64,000 bases of DNA, taken from NCBI GenBank assembly GCA_965215385.1, contig OZ244059.1, positions 3,499,004 through 3,563,003 on the forward strand, in the 5' to 3' direction. Both the position numbers and the translations under genes were made by a program. Source of the stretch: Aestuariivita sp. GTDB taxonomy: Bacteria; Pseudomonadota; Alphaproteobacteria; Rhodobacterales; Rhodobacteraceae. Below the pieces are notes generated by a model. That model was not told the DNA's origin, ran no database searches, and saw nothing but the letters and a program-made list of their open reading frames with translations. Shown piece by piece: positions 39,665-49,768 of this stretch (within the stretch, counting starts at the first letter, position 1; every line of letters begins with the position of its first letter).

Positions 39665-40950
39665 TGTTGGGTAATCATGCAAAATACGATAGCTATAAGG
39701 ACTGCGGCATTGATTGGTTGGGGCTAATACCTTCTGAATGGCAACTCAAGAAATCAAAGTACATATAGCGAGAAATCGAAGATCGATCCGACGATGGTGA
39801 AGAACAGCTACTGTCTGTTTCACAATATGATGGCGTGGTACCAAATACCTCCGAGAGCCGCAGCGAAAGCCTTGAAGGATATAAGAAGGTATTTCCAAGT
39901 CACTTGGTGACCAACATTATGTTAGCTTGGATGGGTGGATTGGGTATATCAGAACATCATGGCATCGTGAGCCCGGCTTATGCGGTTTATGGGCTGATCG
40001 AAGACCACAATGCCAATTATCTTGGATATCTCTATCGAACAAAAGTCTATCTGGGGGAATTTGCCAGAAAGTCGACGGGTGTTGTGCCCTCCCGGTGGCG
40101 AATGTATTCGGATGACTTTGGTCAGGTTTCGACACTTCTTCCACCAAAAGAAACCCAGAACCGCATTGTGAAATTTCTTGACGCGAAAACTGCTGCGATT
40201 GATGAAGCGATTGCCAAGAAGCGGCGGTTGATCGAGCTGCTGAACGAGCAAAAGGCGATTCTGATCAACCGGGCCGTGACCAAAGGCCTCAACCCCGATG
40301 CCCCCATGAAAAGCAATGGAATAGGAGATCGATCCGACGACGGTGAAGCAAAAGCCAAACGGAGGGCTTGGTTTGGTGACTTGCCCGACGGTTGGAAGAG
40401 TCGAAAACTCAAGTATGTTGCGGAGTTGAGAAGTGAGAGAGAAATCGCTTTATACTCCAGCCTGAGGTATATCGGTTTGGAGAACATTCACTCTTGGAGC
40501 GGATCCCTAAGTCCATCCGAATCTGAACCTGAGGGGCTAGCATCTAAATTCTTTGTTGGAGATGTTCTCTTTGGGAAACTCCGGCCGAATTTGGCTAAAG
40601 TTTATGCTACGGAATTCGATGGACTGTGTTCAACCGATGTTTTGGTGCTTGAACCAAAGGCAATGAGTGCAAGGTATCTCTTGTATACTTTGATTTCGCG
40701 CCTGTTCATCGAGTTAGTATCCAGTTCTGTTTTCGGTGCTAAAATGCCACGTGCTAGTTGGGACTTCATTGGTAAGCAACTTGTGCCTCTTCCCGACCTC
40801 GCCACCCAGAACCGCATCGTACGCTTTCTCGACGCGAAATCCGCTGAGATTGATGAAGCGTTTGCCAAGGAGCACCGTTTGATTGACCTGTTGAGCGAAT
40901 TCAAGCAAACCCTGATCGCCAATGCGGTCACGGGGAAGATCAAGATTTAA
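39664..40950 (+). pseudogene. hsdS: Type I R-M specificity subunit interrupted by in-frame TAG (largest intact ORF 39835..40950)
   Basis: MLGNHAKYDSYKDCGIDWLGLIPSEWQLKKSKYI, then TAG at 39766..39768, then the same frame continues. Conserved HsdS helices appear twice (QNRIVKFLDAKTAAIDEAIAKKRRLIELLNEQKAILI and QNRIVRFLDAKSAEIDEAFAKEHRLIDLLSEFKQTLI). Confidence 0.8.
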
Positions 40951-40965
40951 CCTGAGGGTTTGGGC

Positions 40966-43923
40966 ATGGTCAGCGAGACAAGTGAGAAAGCCCTTGAGGA
41001 CTTAATCGAAGCGGCCTTTCTGGCGACGGGCTATGTCCAGGGCCGCAACACGGATTTTGACGCGGAATTGGCTCTGGACACCACACAGTTCTGGACCTTC
41101 CTGGAGGCCACACAGGCGGACGAACTCGACAAGCTGCGGCCCTATGGTGATTGGAAAGCTCGTATCCTGAACCGTCTCAACAACAAGATCAAGAAGGATG
41201 GTCTCCTCACCGTTCTGAAGAAAGGTCTGAGCATTGAGAATGTCCATCTCAAACTGCTTTACCGTTTGCACTACAACACTCTGAACCCCGAGGTAGAGCG
41301 GCTGTTTGAAGCCAATATCTTCTCGGTCACCCGGCAGGTGCATTTCTCCAACGTCACGCCGATGGACTCGGTCGATCTGGTGCTGTTCATCAACGGCCTA
41401 CCCGTTGTGACCATGGAACTCAAGCAGCCATGGAAAGGTCAGACCGTCCATCATGCTCGCATGCAGTACCAAAACCGCGATTACCGTGAACCGTTGTTCC
41501 AATTCGGTCGCTGTTTAGTGCATTTTGCGGTGGATACGCAAGAAGTATCCATGTCCACCAGGCTGGCTGGGACGAACACGTTCTTCCTACCGTTCAATAA
41601 AGGTGATGGTCATGGCAAGGGCAACCCGATCAATCCGGTGGGTCACAAGACCGCGTACCTGTGGGAAGACGTTCTGCAAAAACGGTCACTGACTAATATC
41701 ATTGAGCACTTCGCCAAGATCGTCACGGAAGAGGATAAGGAGACTGGTAAGAACGTCAAGACACTGTTCTTTCCCCGATATCATCAGTTGGATGTCGTGA
41801 GACAAGTGCTCAATGATGTTAAATCCAATGGTGTAGGATGTCGATATCTGATCCAGCACTCAGCAGGGTCGGGTAAATCGAATTCCATCACTTGGCTCGG
41901 GTATCAGTTGATCGAGACGTATAATGCGGAGGGCACCGCTAACATCTTTGATAGCGTGATTGTGGTCACGGATCGGCGGATTTTGGACAAGCAGTTGAAG
42001 GACAACATCCAAGCGTTCTCGGAGGTTAAGAATGTCGTCGCCCATGCCTACGATTCTGCCGAATTGAAGCGTACGCTGGAGAACGGTAAGAAGCTGATCA
42101 TTACCACGATCCAGAAATTCCCATGGATGCTGGAGGGCATCGCCGATCTCTCTGACCGGAAGTTCGCAGTGATCATCGACGAGGCCCATTCCTCCCAGTC
42201 CGGCAAGGCTGCCGACACGATGAACGAAACGATCAGCGGTGGTCGTGACGAGGAGGAGCCGGAAGACCTGCAAGACAAGATTTTGGCGGCGATGGATCGC
42301 CGGAAAATGGGACGCAACGCCTCGTTCTTTGCGTTTACTGCAACACCCAAGAATACCACGCTCGAACGCTTTGGACGGCAGACAACAGACGGTCGCTTCG
42401 TACCCTTTCATCTATATTCAATGAAGCAGGCGATTGAGGAAGGCTTCATTCTGGATGTGTTAAAGAATTATACCACAATCAGAAGCTACTACGAACTTCA
42501 GAAATCCATCGACGATAATCCGGAGTTCAATACCAAGAGGGCACAGAGCAAGCTACGGAGCCATGTCGAAGCCCATCCCGACACCATCAAGACTAAAGTT
42601 GGGATCATGCTCGACCACTTTCATGAACGTGTGGTGCGGCCCCAAAAACTGAAGGGCAAGGCGCGGGCCATGGTTGTCACACGAAACATCGAGTCGGCCA
42701 TTCAGTATTTTCTGGCCATCAGAGAGTCTCTGAAGGCCACAGGAAACCGGTACAAAGCGGTGGTCGCCTTTACTGGCACAAAGTCGGTTGATGGAGTAGA
42801 GTACACTGAGGACAGATTGAACGGGTTTTCAGGTAATGAGATCGCAAAAAAGTTCAAAGACGACGCGTACCGCATTCTGGTGGTGGCGAACAAGTTCCTG
42901 ATGGGCTTCGATGAGCCGATGCTCACCACAATGTATGTGGATAAAAAACTGCAAGGTGTGTTGGCGGTGCAGGCTCTGTCGCGACTGAACCGATCCAACC
43001 GGAAACTGGGTAAGGAAGAGACCTTCATCCTCGATTTCCACAATACGGTTGAGGATATCAAAGAGGCCTTCGATCCGTTTTACACATCAACTGCTCTGAG
43101 TCAGCCAACCGACGTCAATGTGTTGCATGATCTCAAGGATGATCTGGATGATACGGGCATTTATGAATGGGACGAAGTGGTTCAATTTAATCAACTCTTC
43201 TTAGATGGTGCTGAAGCGGATCAACTCTCACCGATCCTGGATATGGCTGCGAGTCGCTTCAACGAACAAGAAGATAGCGAGAAGATCGATACCAAGATCA
43301 AAGCCAAACAGTTTGTCAAAATCTACGCTCAGGTGGCCTGTATCATCCCGTTCGATAATGCGAATTGGGAAATGCTACATTGGTTCCTGAAGTTCCTGAT
43401 CCCTGAAATGAAGGTCAAGGACAACGACCAATCAAAAATTGATGGATTGCTGGAAAGTATCGACCTGACTACCTACGGCCTGGAGCGAGTAAAGATCAGT
43501 CATACAATTAGTCTGGACGACTCGGACAGCGCGATTGACCCAGCAAATCCAAATCTCCGGGGTGGTTATGATGATCCGGGAATAGACCCTTTGGACAAGA
43601 TCATTGCTGACTTCAACGAACGCTATTTCAAGGGGTGGGATGCAACTTTGGAAGAGAAGAAGATTAAGCTGATCAACATCCTGAATCATGCTAAGGAAAA
43701 CCAAGCGTTCCAAGAGAAAGTTATGTCAAACCCCGATGAACAAAACCGTCGTATCGCAAGCGGAAATCTGTTTGAAAAAGCCATGTACAAAGAGCGGAAA
43801 AGAGAATTAGATCTTTACAAAAAGTACATCTCAGATGACGACTTCAAGTTAGGTCTACATGAAGCCCTGTTTCGCGTGATGGAGCAGGATTTGAAATCGA
43901 ATTCCAGACCTGAAGCGAGATAG
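40966..43923 (+). CDS. hsdR: Type I restriction enzyme endonuclease/translocase subunit
   Basis: Nuclease-domain N-terminus, Walker A HSAGSGKSNS, DEAH box IIDEAHSSQSG and helicase C motifs (...VVANKFLMGFDEP...). About 985 aa. Confidence 0.9.
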   Translation: MVSETSEKALEDLIEAAFLATGYVQGRNTDFDAELALDTTQFWTFLEATQADELDKLRPYGDWKARILNRLNNKIKKDGLLTVLKKGLSIENVHLKLLYRLHYNTLNPEVERLFEANIFSVTRQVHFSNVTPMDSVDLVLFINGLPVVTMELKQPWKGQTVHHARMQYQNRDYREPLFQFGRCLVHFAVDTQEVSMSTRLAGTNTFFLPFNKGDGHGKGNPINPVGHKTAYLWEDVLQKRSLTNIIEHFAKIVTEEDKETGKNVKTLFFPRYHQLDVVRQVLNDVKSNGVGCRYLIQHSAGSGKSNSITWLGYQLIETYNAEGTANIFDSVIVVTDRRILDKQLKDNIQAFSEVKNVVAHAYDSAELKRTLENGKKLIITTIQKFPWMLEGIADLSDRKFAVIIDEAHSSQSGKAADTMNETISGGRDEEEPEDLQDKILAAMDRRKMGRNASFFAFTATPKNTTLERFGRQTTDGRFVPFHLYSMKQAIEEGFILDVLKNYTTIRSYYELQKSIDDNPEFNTKRAQSKLRSHVEAHPDTIKTKVGIMLDHFHERVVRPQKLKGKARAMVVTRNIESAIQYFLAIRESLKATGNRYKAVVAFTGTKSVDGVEYTEDRLNGFSGNEIAKKFKDDAYRILVVANKFLMGFDEPMLTTMYVDKKLQGVLAVQALSRLNRSNRKLGKEETFILDFHNTVEDIKEAFDPFYTSTALSQPTDVNVLHDLKDDLDDTGIYEWDEVVQFNQLFLDGAEADQLSPILDMAASRFNEQEDSEKIDTKIKAKQFVKIYAQVACIIPFDNANWEMLHWFLKFLIPEMKVKDNDQSKIDGLLESIDLTTYGLERVKISHTISLDDSDSAIDPANPNLRGGYDDPGIDPLDKIIADFNERYFKGWDATLEEKKIKLINILNHAKENQAFQEKVMSNPDEQNRRIASGNLFEKAMYKERKRELDLYKKYISDDDFKLGLHEALFRVMEQDLKSNSRPEAR

Positions 43924-44126
43924 CTTTTGGTTGCTTTAATTTGTGTCCGTTGTTGACTTTAACCAGCATAGTTCCCAGCAGTTTGATGTTTTGTCTTTCT
44001 AACATAAGCCCCAGCAACAAACTCATTGATATGTGCAATCCATCGGCTGCTTGTAAAGATAACAACCATGCTTGGAAAAAAAGAACTGTTACGTTCCGTC
44101 CCATCCTCCACCATAGGACTTAACTG

Positions 44127-47100
44127 ATGCTATCAGGTCCCCGTGCGTTGGTCAGCGCCGAACAGACATTCGGTTATTTTTTACATGAATATCTTGCGCG
44201 AAACGACAAAGCGCATCGTTCTGCTAACCGGTGGCATGGAAAAGGTGCAGAGACGTTGGGGCTCGGTCAACGCGTTGGCAAACGGAAGTTCATCGCTATT
44301 CTGTCAGGTCAAGTACCAGGAACTGACATCACATTAGGCCGAATTATTGATGGCGAGCGCCAACATCGTCCGGGTTGGGATTTGACGTTTTCCGCGCCAA
44401 AATCTGTTTCATTCGAAGCTCTTTATCAAGGACGGCGGGCGGTCATGCATGCTCATGATGCGGCCGTGCGAGCAACGCTTGATTGGATTGAGAACGAGTA
44501 TCTTCAAACGCGTGGGTATGATCCTGAAACAGGTCGTCGGCCGCGGGAAGCTGCACATGGAATGATTGCCGCGACCTTCCGCCATATGGCAAGCCGGAAC
44601 AATGATCCACAACTGCATACGCATGCGGTGATCGCAAACATGACTCGCAACAAAGACGGCGCTTGGCGGAGCGTTGAACCCACACTGTTGAAGCACCATC
44701 GACGCTTGTTCGGGGCGTGGTATCGGAACGATCTTGCACGACGACTGCGCGACTTAGGTTACGACCTGACGCCAACTGTTGTGGGTGGTTTACCGAGTTT
44801 TGAAATTGCGGGTTGGTCGCAGGACTTGTTACAAGCTTTCTCAACACGACAGCAGGATATTCTGGATCACATTGCTGACTGAGGTCGTGCCTATACAACC
44901 GCGAATGCTCAAGCCGCTGCACTTGCCACGCGGGGTGCAAAACAGGAACCGGTCAAGGGCGAGCTGCTCAAACTCTGGCACCAGCGGGCTGAGAGTCGTG
45001 GTCTTGTGCGAGAAGAACGCTGTGACTGGCAAAAAGAGTCCCAGACCAATGTTATCGTGATGACCTCTGCCACGGAAAAGCGATTGTCCCCCTTGAGGCG
45101 GTTTGGCAGGCGATGCAACATCTTGAAGAACGCCAAAGCCTCTTTCGACGGAGCGATCTGCTGGCTGCTGCATTGGGACGCGATCCAGGTCGCCATACCC
45201 ATGAGGAATTGGACGCCGCGATTGACCGTGTGCAGCAGGATGGCCATCTGGTCACGACCACAAAAGGCGATCTGACCACGCGCACCACCTTACGGGCGGA
45301 ACGCGATGTAATCACGGCCATGCAAACGGACCGCGCGGAACAACTGGCCACTGTCCATGATGTCATGATCGACCTAAACACCGCATCGCTCACAGCGGGT
45401 CAAAAGGATGCCGTGCGCACGATTCTGTGCTCCCACAACCGGATCGTTGGCGTGCAAGGGTTTGCGGGGACCGGCAAAACCCGCATGGTGAAGGAGGTTG
45501 TTCGCCTCGCCGGCGATCACCTCGTCATTGGATTGGCACCCTCGTCCGCCGCCGCCCGTGTTTTGAGCCTGGAAACAGGGATGGGCACCACCACGCTGCA
45601 ATGGTTACTGGCGCGTTATGGTTCCCTTGAAGACGGCCCCGAACTTGACGCGGCCCGTGAACAGTTCCAAGACGCCGTGATCATTGTTGATGAAGCCTCG
45701 ATGATGGGCACTGTTCAGATGCGCGATCTGCAACGCATTGCAAAGCGGCTGGGTGCCGCACGGCTGGCCCTTGTGGGGATCGATTGCAATTACGCTCTGT
45801 TGAGGCTGGACAACCTTTTCGGCTCTTACAAAAGGCCGGGATGGAGACGGCGTCTATGGATGATGTGCTCCGTCAACGCTCAATCAATCTCAAGACTGCC
45901 GTGACCCATATGATCGCGGGCGATGCTGACCTGACCGTTCACAGTCTTGGGGCTGACGTCAGGGAAGTGCCGCCAGACCGGTTAGCGGACACCGCCGCGC
46001 ACCTTTGGCTCGCTCTCCCACCGCAAGAACGTGCCCGAACGATGATCCTGGCACCTACCCATGCGCAACGGGAGGCGATCACCGCTGTGCTGCGCCTTCG
46101 ACTGGCGGAGGACGGCGTCATCACAGGTCGGGCTTTGCACATTGAGCGTCTTATTGATCGTCGTCTCACACGTATTCTCGCAGCAGATCCGTTAAGTTAT
46201 CAGCAAGGGGACATCGTGGTCGCCAACCGCGATGTCTATGGCTGTCAGAAAGGCGAGGCGTGGCGGGTGACTGCTCGTACATTAGAGTGGATCACATTGG
46301 AACGTCGAGGGGTCACAGGAGGGTTTAAGCCATCAGGGAATGCCGCGCACGCAATGTATCGGTATTCGAAACACAAGCAATCTCACTGCGCGCTGGCGAT
46401 GCGATTGTCTTCACCCGAAATCTCACGACACCCGTGGTGGTCAATGGCGAGAAAGGAACAATTGAGACGATTGACCCAAAACGCCTGTGCATTCGCCTGC
46501 AGGATGGTCGTCGATTGACTCCGCGCGTGGACGCGGATTGGCTCCGGCACATCAACCATGCCTGGACCTCCACCGTCCATCGTGCACAAGGTCGCACAAC
46601 AGATACAGTGATCGCTGTCCTGGATGTCGATAGCATGATGACTGACCGCGCATTACTGTATGTCGAGATGAGTCGCGCCCGTGATAGCTTTATTCTGTTG
46701 ACCGATGACCGAGAGCAGCTTGCCCACCGGTTGGAACAGGACACAGGCGTTTCTCATTCCGCTTTAGAGGCGACAGGACAATCGCTGGATGTCCGTCCTT
46801 TCCATCAACTGGGGGACAAGGAACCGTTGCGTCCTGTGCTCCAAGAGTGGCGAACTCTTGAAGGGATCGCTGAACATCAAGGAGTGACTCCTTTTCAACT
46901 GCCTGAAGCAAAACCGCTGCTTGCGCGCGTATACCGGCGCGTCACCTGCGAAGGCATCCATGCTCCTCCAGCGATCACGCATATTGTGACAGCGCATCAA
47001 ACATATCAAGCCACACGTCATCGCAAAGAAGTCCAAGCATTGGAACAAGCGTGGGCGTCTCTTCAGACGCAAGCCTCGACCAATGGACAGAGTATCGCGC

Positions 47101-47498
47101 AGGAACCAGGTGTCGGAGCGCTCTTAACCCGCAATGGGGAGATAGCGTCGGCCTCTTGTCCTTCTCTCGTGATCACCGGCGTGCAGGCGTGTCGCGATCG
47201 GTTGCAGACGCTGAGCGATCGACTTGAGCAATGTGGCAAGGTCATTCACCACGACAATCAGCAACGGATCAAGGCAAAAGACCGGATCACTTTCGATTGG
47301 ATTGAGCAAAGGATCAAGGCCACGACACGCCAGCGCGACATTGCTTTTCTGCCGGCAACACCCGAACTGGTGGCGCGTACACAGGCTTTTATCGCACGCT
47401 ACCCCGATACCTGGACACAGTGTGTCTCAAACGGACCGCGGACTGCGCCACTCTTCAACATCAGTGGACACGACTTGAGCAGGTGGCACAAACCTTGA
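44127..47498 (+). pseudogene. MobF/TrwC-TraA-type conjugative relaxase-helicase, multiply disrupted
   Basis: Relaxase motifs HRPGWDLTFSAPKSVS and ...FRHMASRNNDPQLHTHAVIANMT. In-frame TGA at 44880..44882. Frameshifts near 45075, 45790-45900 and 46430-46520. Helicase P-loop GFAGTGKT, then ...STVHRAQGRT... Confidence 0.8.
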
Positions 47499-47626
47499 AT
47501 GACGTCACACATGTAAATCCGCTCTCAAGCACGGCCATCAACCCTCTCACAGAACAAACCATGCAGGAGGCTGATGACCTGCTGGCGAACGCACGTCTCA
47601 GCAGGCAAGCCTAACGGGAGGGTCTT

Positions 47627-48706
47627 TTGGAGTCGCTCACAGCGAACCTTGCGACACTCACCCAACAGCACGATATGCAAGTGCGCATATGCGATCTGCA
47701 AACGCGATGGACAGCACTCGAAACGGACGCGGCGCAGCAGGGATGTCATCCTTGGCATGTGACCGGATACCAATGCATTGTGGCGCACCTCCTGACGTTC
47801 AAGCACGAGCAACCCGCCGACATGCCCCCAAACCTCATCGCAGCGATTGACAAGCACCATGTCTGGGATGAACAGGCAACGCAACTTCATCAGGATGTTC
47901 AGAAAATAATGGCGTTTGATGCCCGCCGTCGGGCGGTCGTCAAAGCCGCCGACAAATGGACTCCAGAAACACCCCTCACGCACAGTCGTCTCACTCGCTA
48001 TGGTCGGTGGGCGCGTGCTGCACCAAAGATGATCGCCGAAAGACAACAACTCACCCACAATCCACTCCTGTCACCAGAGGATCGCAAGATACTTGAGAAC
48101 GCATTGGAGCGCATCACAGCGTCACTGGATGGTTGTGGTTTGGAAGCCAAGCATCTTGGTCGCTTTGAGACCACCATTGAGACAGCCGACGCGCAAGGAT
48201 GCCATCGGTTCTTTGTGAAGGGTTATGACCGCTTTATCATCGGTTTACGGAAGCGAACGACATCACCAGAGCGAAATACACTGGCGTTGCGTGAATTCGA
48301 CGTGCAGAAGACGATGAGAATGAACCAGCGTATTGTTCACAAGCTTGATCGCGATCTGAACCAAGCTTTGCGAGAACGAGAGACCGGTGGCGAGGCCTTC
48401 GTCGCCGAAATGTTTTCTTACGACCATTGGGAACGTAATACAACAGAATGGCTCCATCTCGCCCGGAATGTCCTTCATGATCAAGCCCGCTATGATATCC
48501 ATTTAGATCGCGTGCGCGGATTAAAGAGACGCATACACATGACCGCCACAAAAATCGAAACATATATTAAGCAGGACGCGCCGATTCGAAAAGACGTCAA
48601 GGCTGCCTTTGATCAAGAATCCGAACGAAAGACTGCGAAACTGATGCAGCAAATCAAGAGCCGATCTCGGTCGCGCGGTCTGGGATTATCGTCCGTTCAA
48701 TTTTGA
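47627..48706 (+). CDS. Hypothetical protein (359 aa) downstream of the relaxase remnant
   Basis: Complete ORF with GC similar to the relaxase. No motif recognised. It could be a relaxase C-terminal extension or an accessory protein. Confidence 0.4.
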   Translation: MESLTANLATLTQQHDMQVRICDLQTRWTALETDAAQQGCHPWHVTGYQCIVAHLLTFKHEQPADMPPNLIAAIDKHHVWDEQATQLHQDVQKIMAFDARRRAVVKAADKWTPETPLTHSRLTRYGRWARAAPKMIAERQQLTHNPLLSPEDRKILENALERITASLDGCGLEAKHLGRFETTIETADAQGCHRFFVKGYDRFIIGLRKRTTSPERNTLALREFDVQKTMRMNQRIVHKLDRDLNQALRERETGGEAFVAEMFSYDHWERNTTEWLHLARNVLHDQARYDIHLDRVRGLKRRIHMTATKIETYIKQDAPIRKDVKAAFDQESERKTAKLMQQIKSRSRSRGLGLSSVQF

Positions 48707-48811
48707 ATTGCAACACGTCGATGTGGTGGTTTAGGATTTTTGGTTTACAGATATTGTATTGAGGTCAGGAGTTGGTATGAATCTCTGAATAGGTATATTA
48801 AGGAGATTCCG

Positions 48812-49768
48812 ATGCCAAACGGCTACCACCACCTGACCTACACGGATCGATGCCAAATATACGCCTTAAAGGCAAGCGGGTATTCGCAGCGTGCCATCGC
48901 CCGCGAAATGAACCGCAGTCCGGCGACGATTTCACGGGAACTTCGTCGTAATAGCGGTGAACGGGGGTACCGTCACAAGCAAGCTGAACATCAGGCGCGA
49001 GAGCGTCGTCGTGCGGCGTCGTCGCGGCCGTGGAAGCTGACGGCGGAGCTTTGGTCCTTGATTGAAGGACTCTTGGGTTTGGCCTGGAGTCCGGAACAGA
49101 TTGCTGGTCGTCTGCGTCGCGACGGGGTGGTTTCGGTGAGCGCCGAATGGATCTATCAGTATATTCGGGCGGATCGGCAGCGCGGCGGGGTGTTATGGCG
49201 ATCGTTACGCCGTCGGGGTAAGAAGCCAAATGTGACGGCGGGCCGGGACCGCGGGCGCGGCTGCATTCCGAACCGAGTGGACATCTCCGAGCGTCCGGCG
49301 TGCGTTGCGGCCAAGTCGCGTGTTGGCGACTGGGAGGTGGATACCGTGATTGGCAAAGGGCACCAAGGAGCACTGGTAACGCTCGTGGATCGGATGTCGA
49401 AACTCGTGTTAATCCAGAAGGTTAGTCGCAAAACGGCGGTGGCGGTGGGTGACGCCATTAGTGCCCGACTGGCACCCTATCCGGTGCACACCATTACCGC
49501 CGACAACGGCAAGGAATTTGCGCGTCATGAAACGATGGCTCGAACCTTATCGGCGTCGTTCTTCTTTGCTCGTCCCTATGCGTCTTGGGAACGCGGTTTG
49601 AACGAACATACGAACGGCTTGATCCGCGGGTATTTTCCGAAGGGCACCGATTTCCACGCGGTGACGGCGGCGGAGGTGCAGCGCGTGCAGGATGCTTTAA
49701 ATACGCGGCCACGCAAGGTCTTGGGGTATCGCACCCCGCAGGAGGTGATGGCCGCGGCCAGGGCCTAA
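48812..49768 (+). CDS. IS30-family transposase
   Basis: MPNGYHHLTYTDRCQIYALKASGYSQRAIAREMNRSPATISRELRRN (HTH), ...WEVDTVIGKGH..., ...ITADNGKEFA... and ...NEHTNGLIRGYFPKGTDF... (DDE). Start at the ATG inside ORF 48740..49768. Confidence 0.9.
   Translation: MPNGYHHLTYTDRCQIYALKASGYSQRAIAREMNRSPATISRELRRNSGERGYRHKQAEHQARERRRAASSRPWKLTAELWSLIEGLLGLAWSPEQIAGRLRRDGVVSVSAEWIYQYIRADRQRGGVLWRSLRRRGKKPNVTAGRDRGRGCIPNRVDISERPACVAAKSRVGDWEVDTVIGKGHQGALVTLVDRMSKLVLIQKVSRKTAVAVGDAISARLAPYPVHTITADNGKEFARHETMARTLSASFFFARPYASWERGLNEHTNGLIRGYFPKGTDFHAVTAAEVQRVQDALNTRPRKVLGYRTPQEVMAAARA

Noticed and set aside
33353-44882. In-frame TGA codons in integrase 1 and the relaxase read as selenocysteine, tryptophan recoding or an alternative genetic code.
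   Set aside because: Neighbouring intact genes (for example hsdM) terminate normally at TGA. No SECIS-like hairpin is evident downstream. TAA and TAG interruptions occur in the same island, so simple nonsense mutation is more parsimonious.
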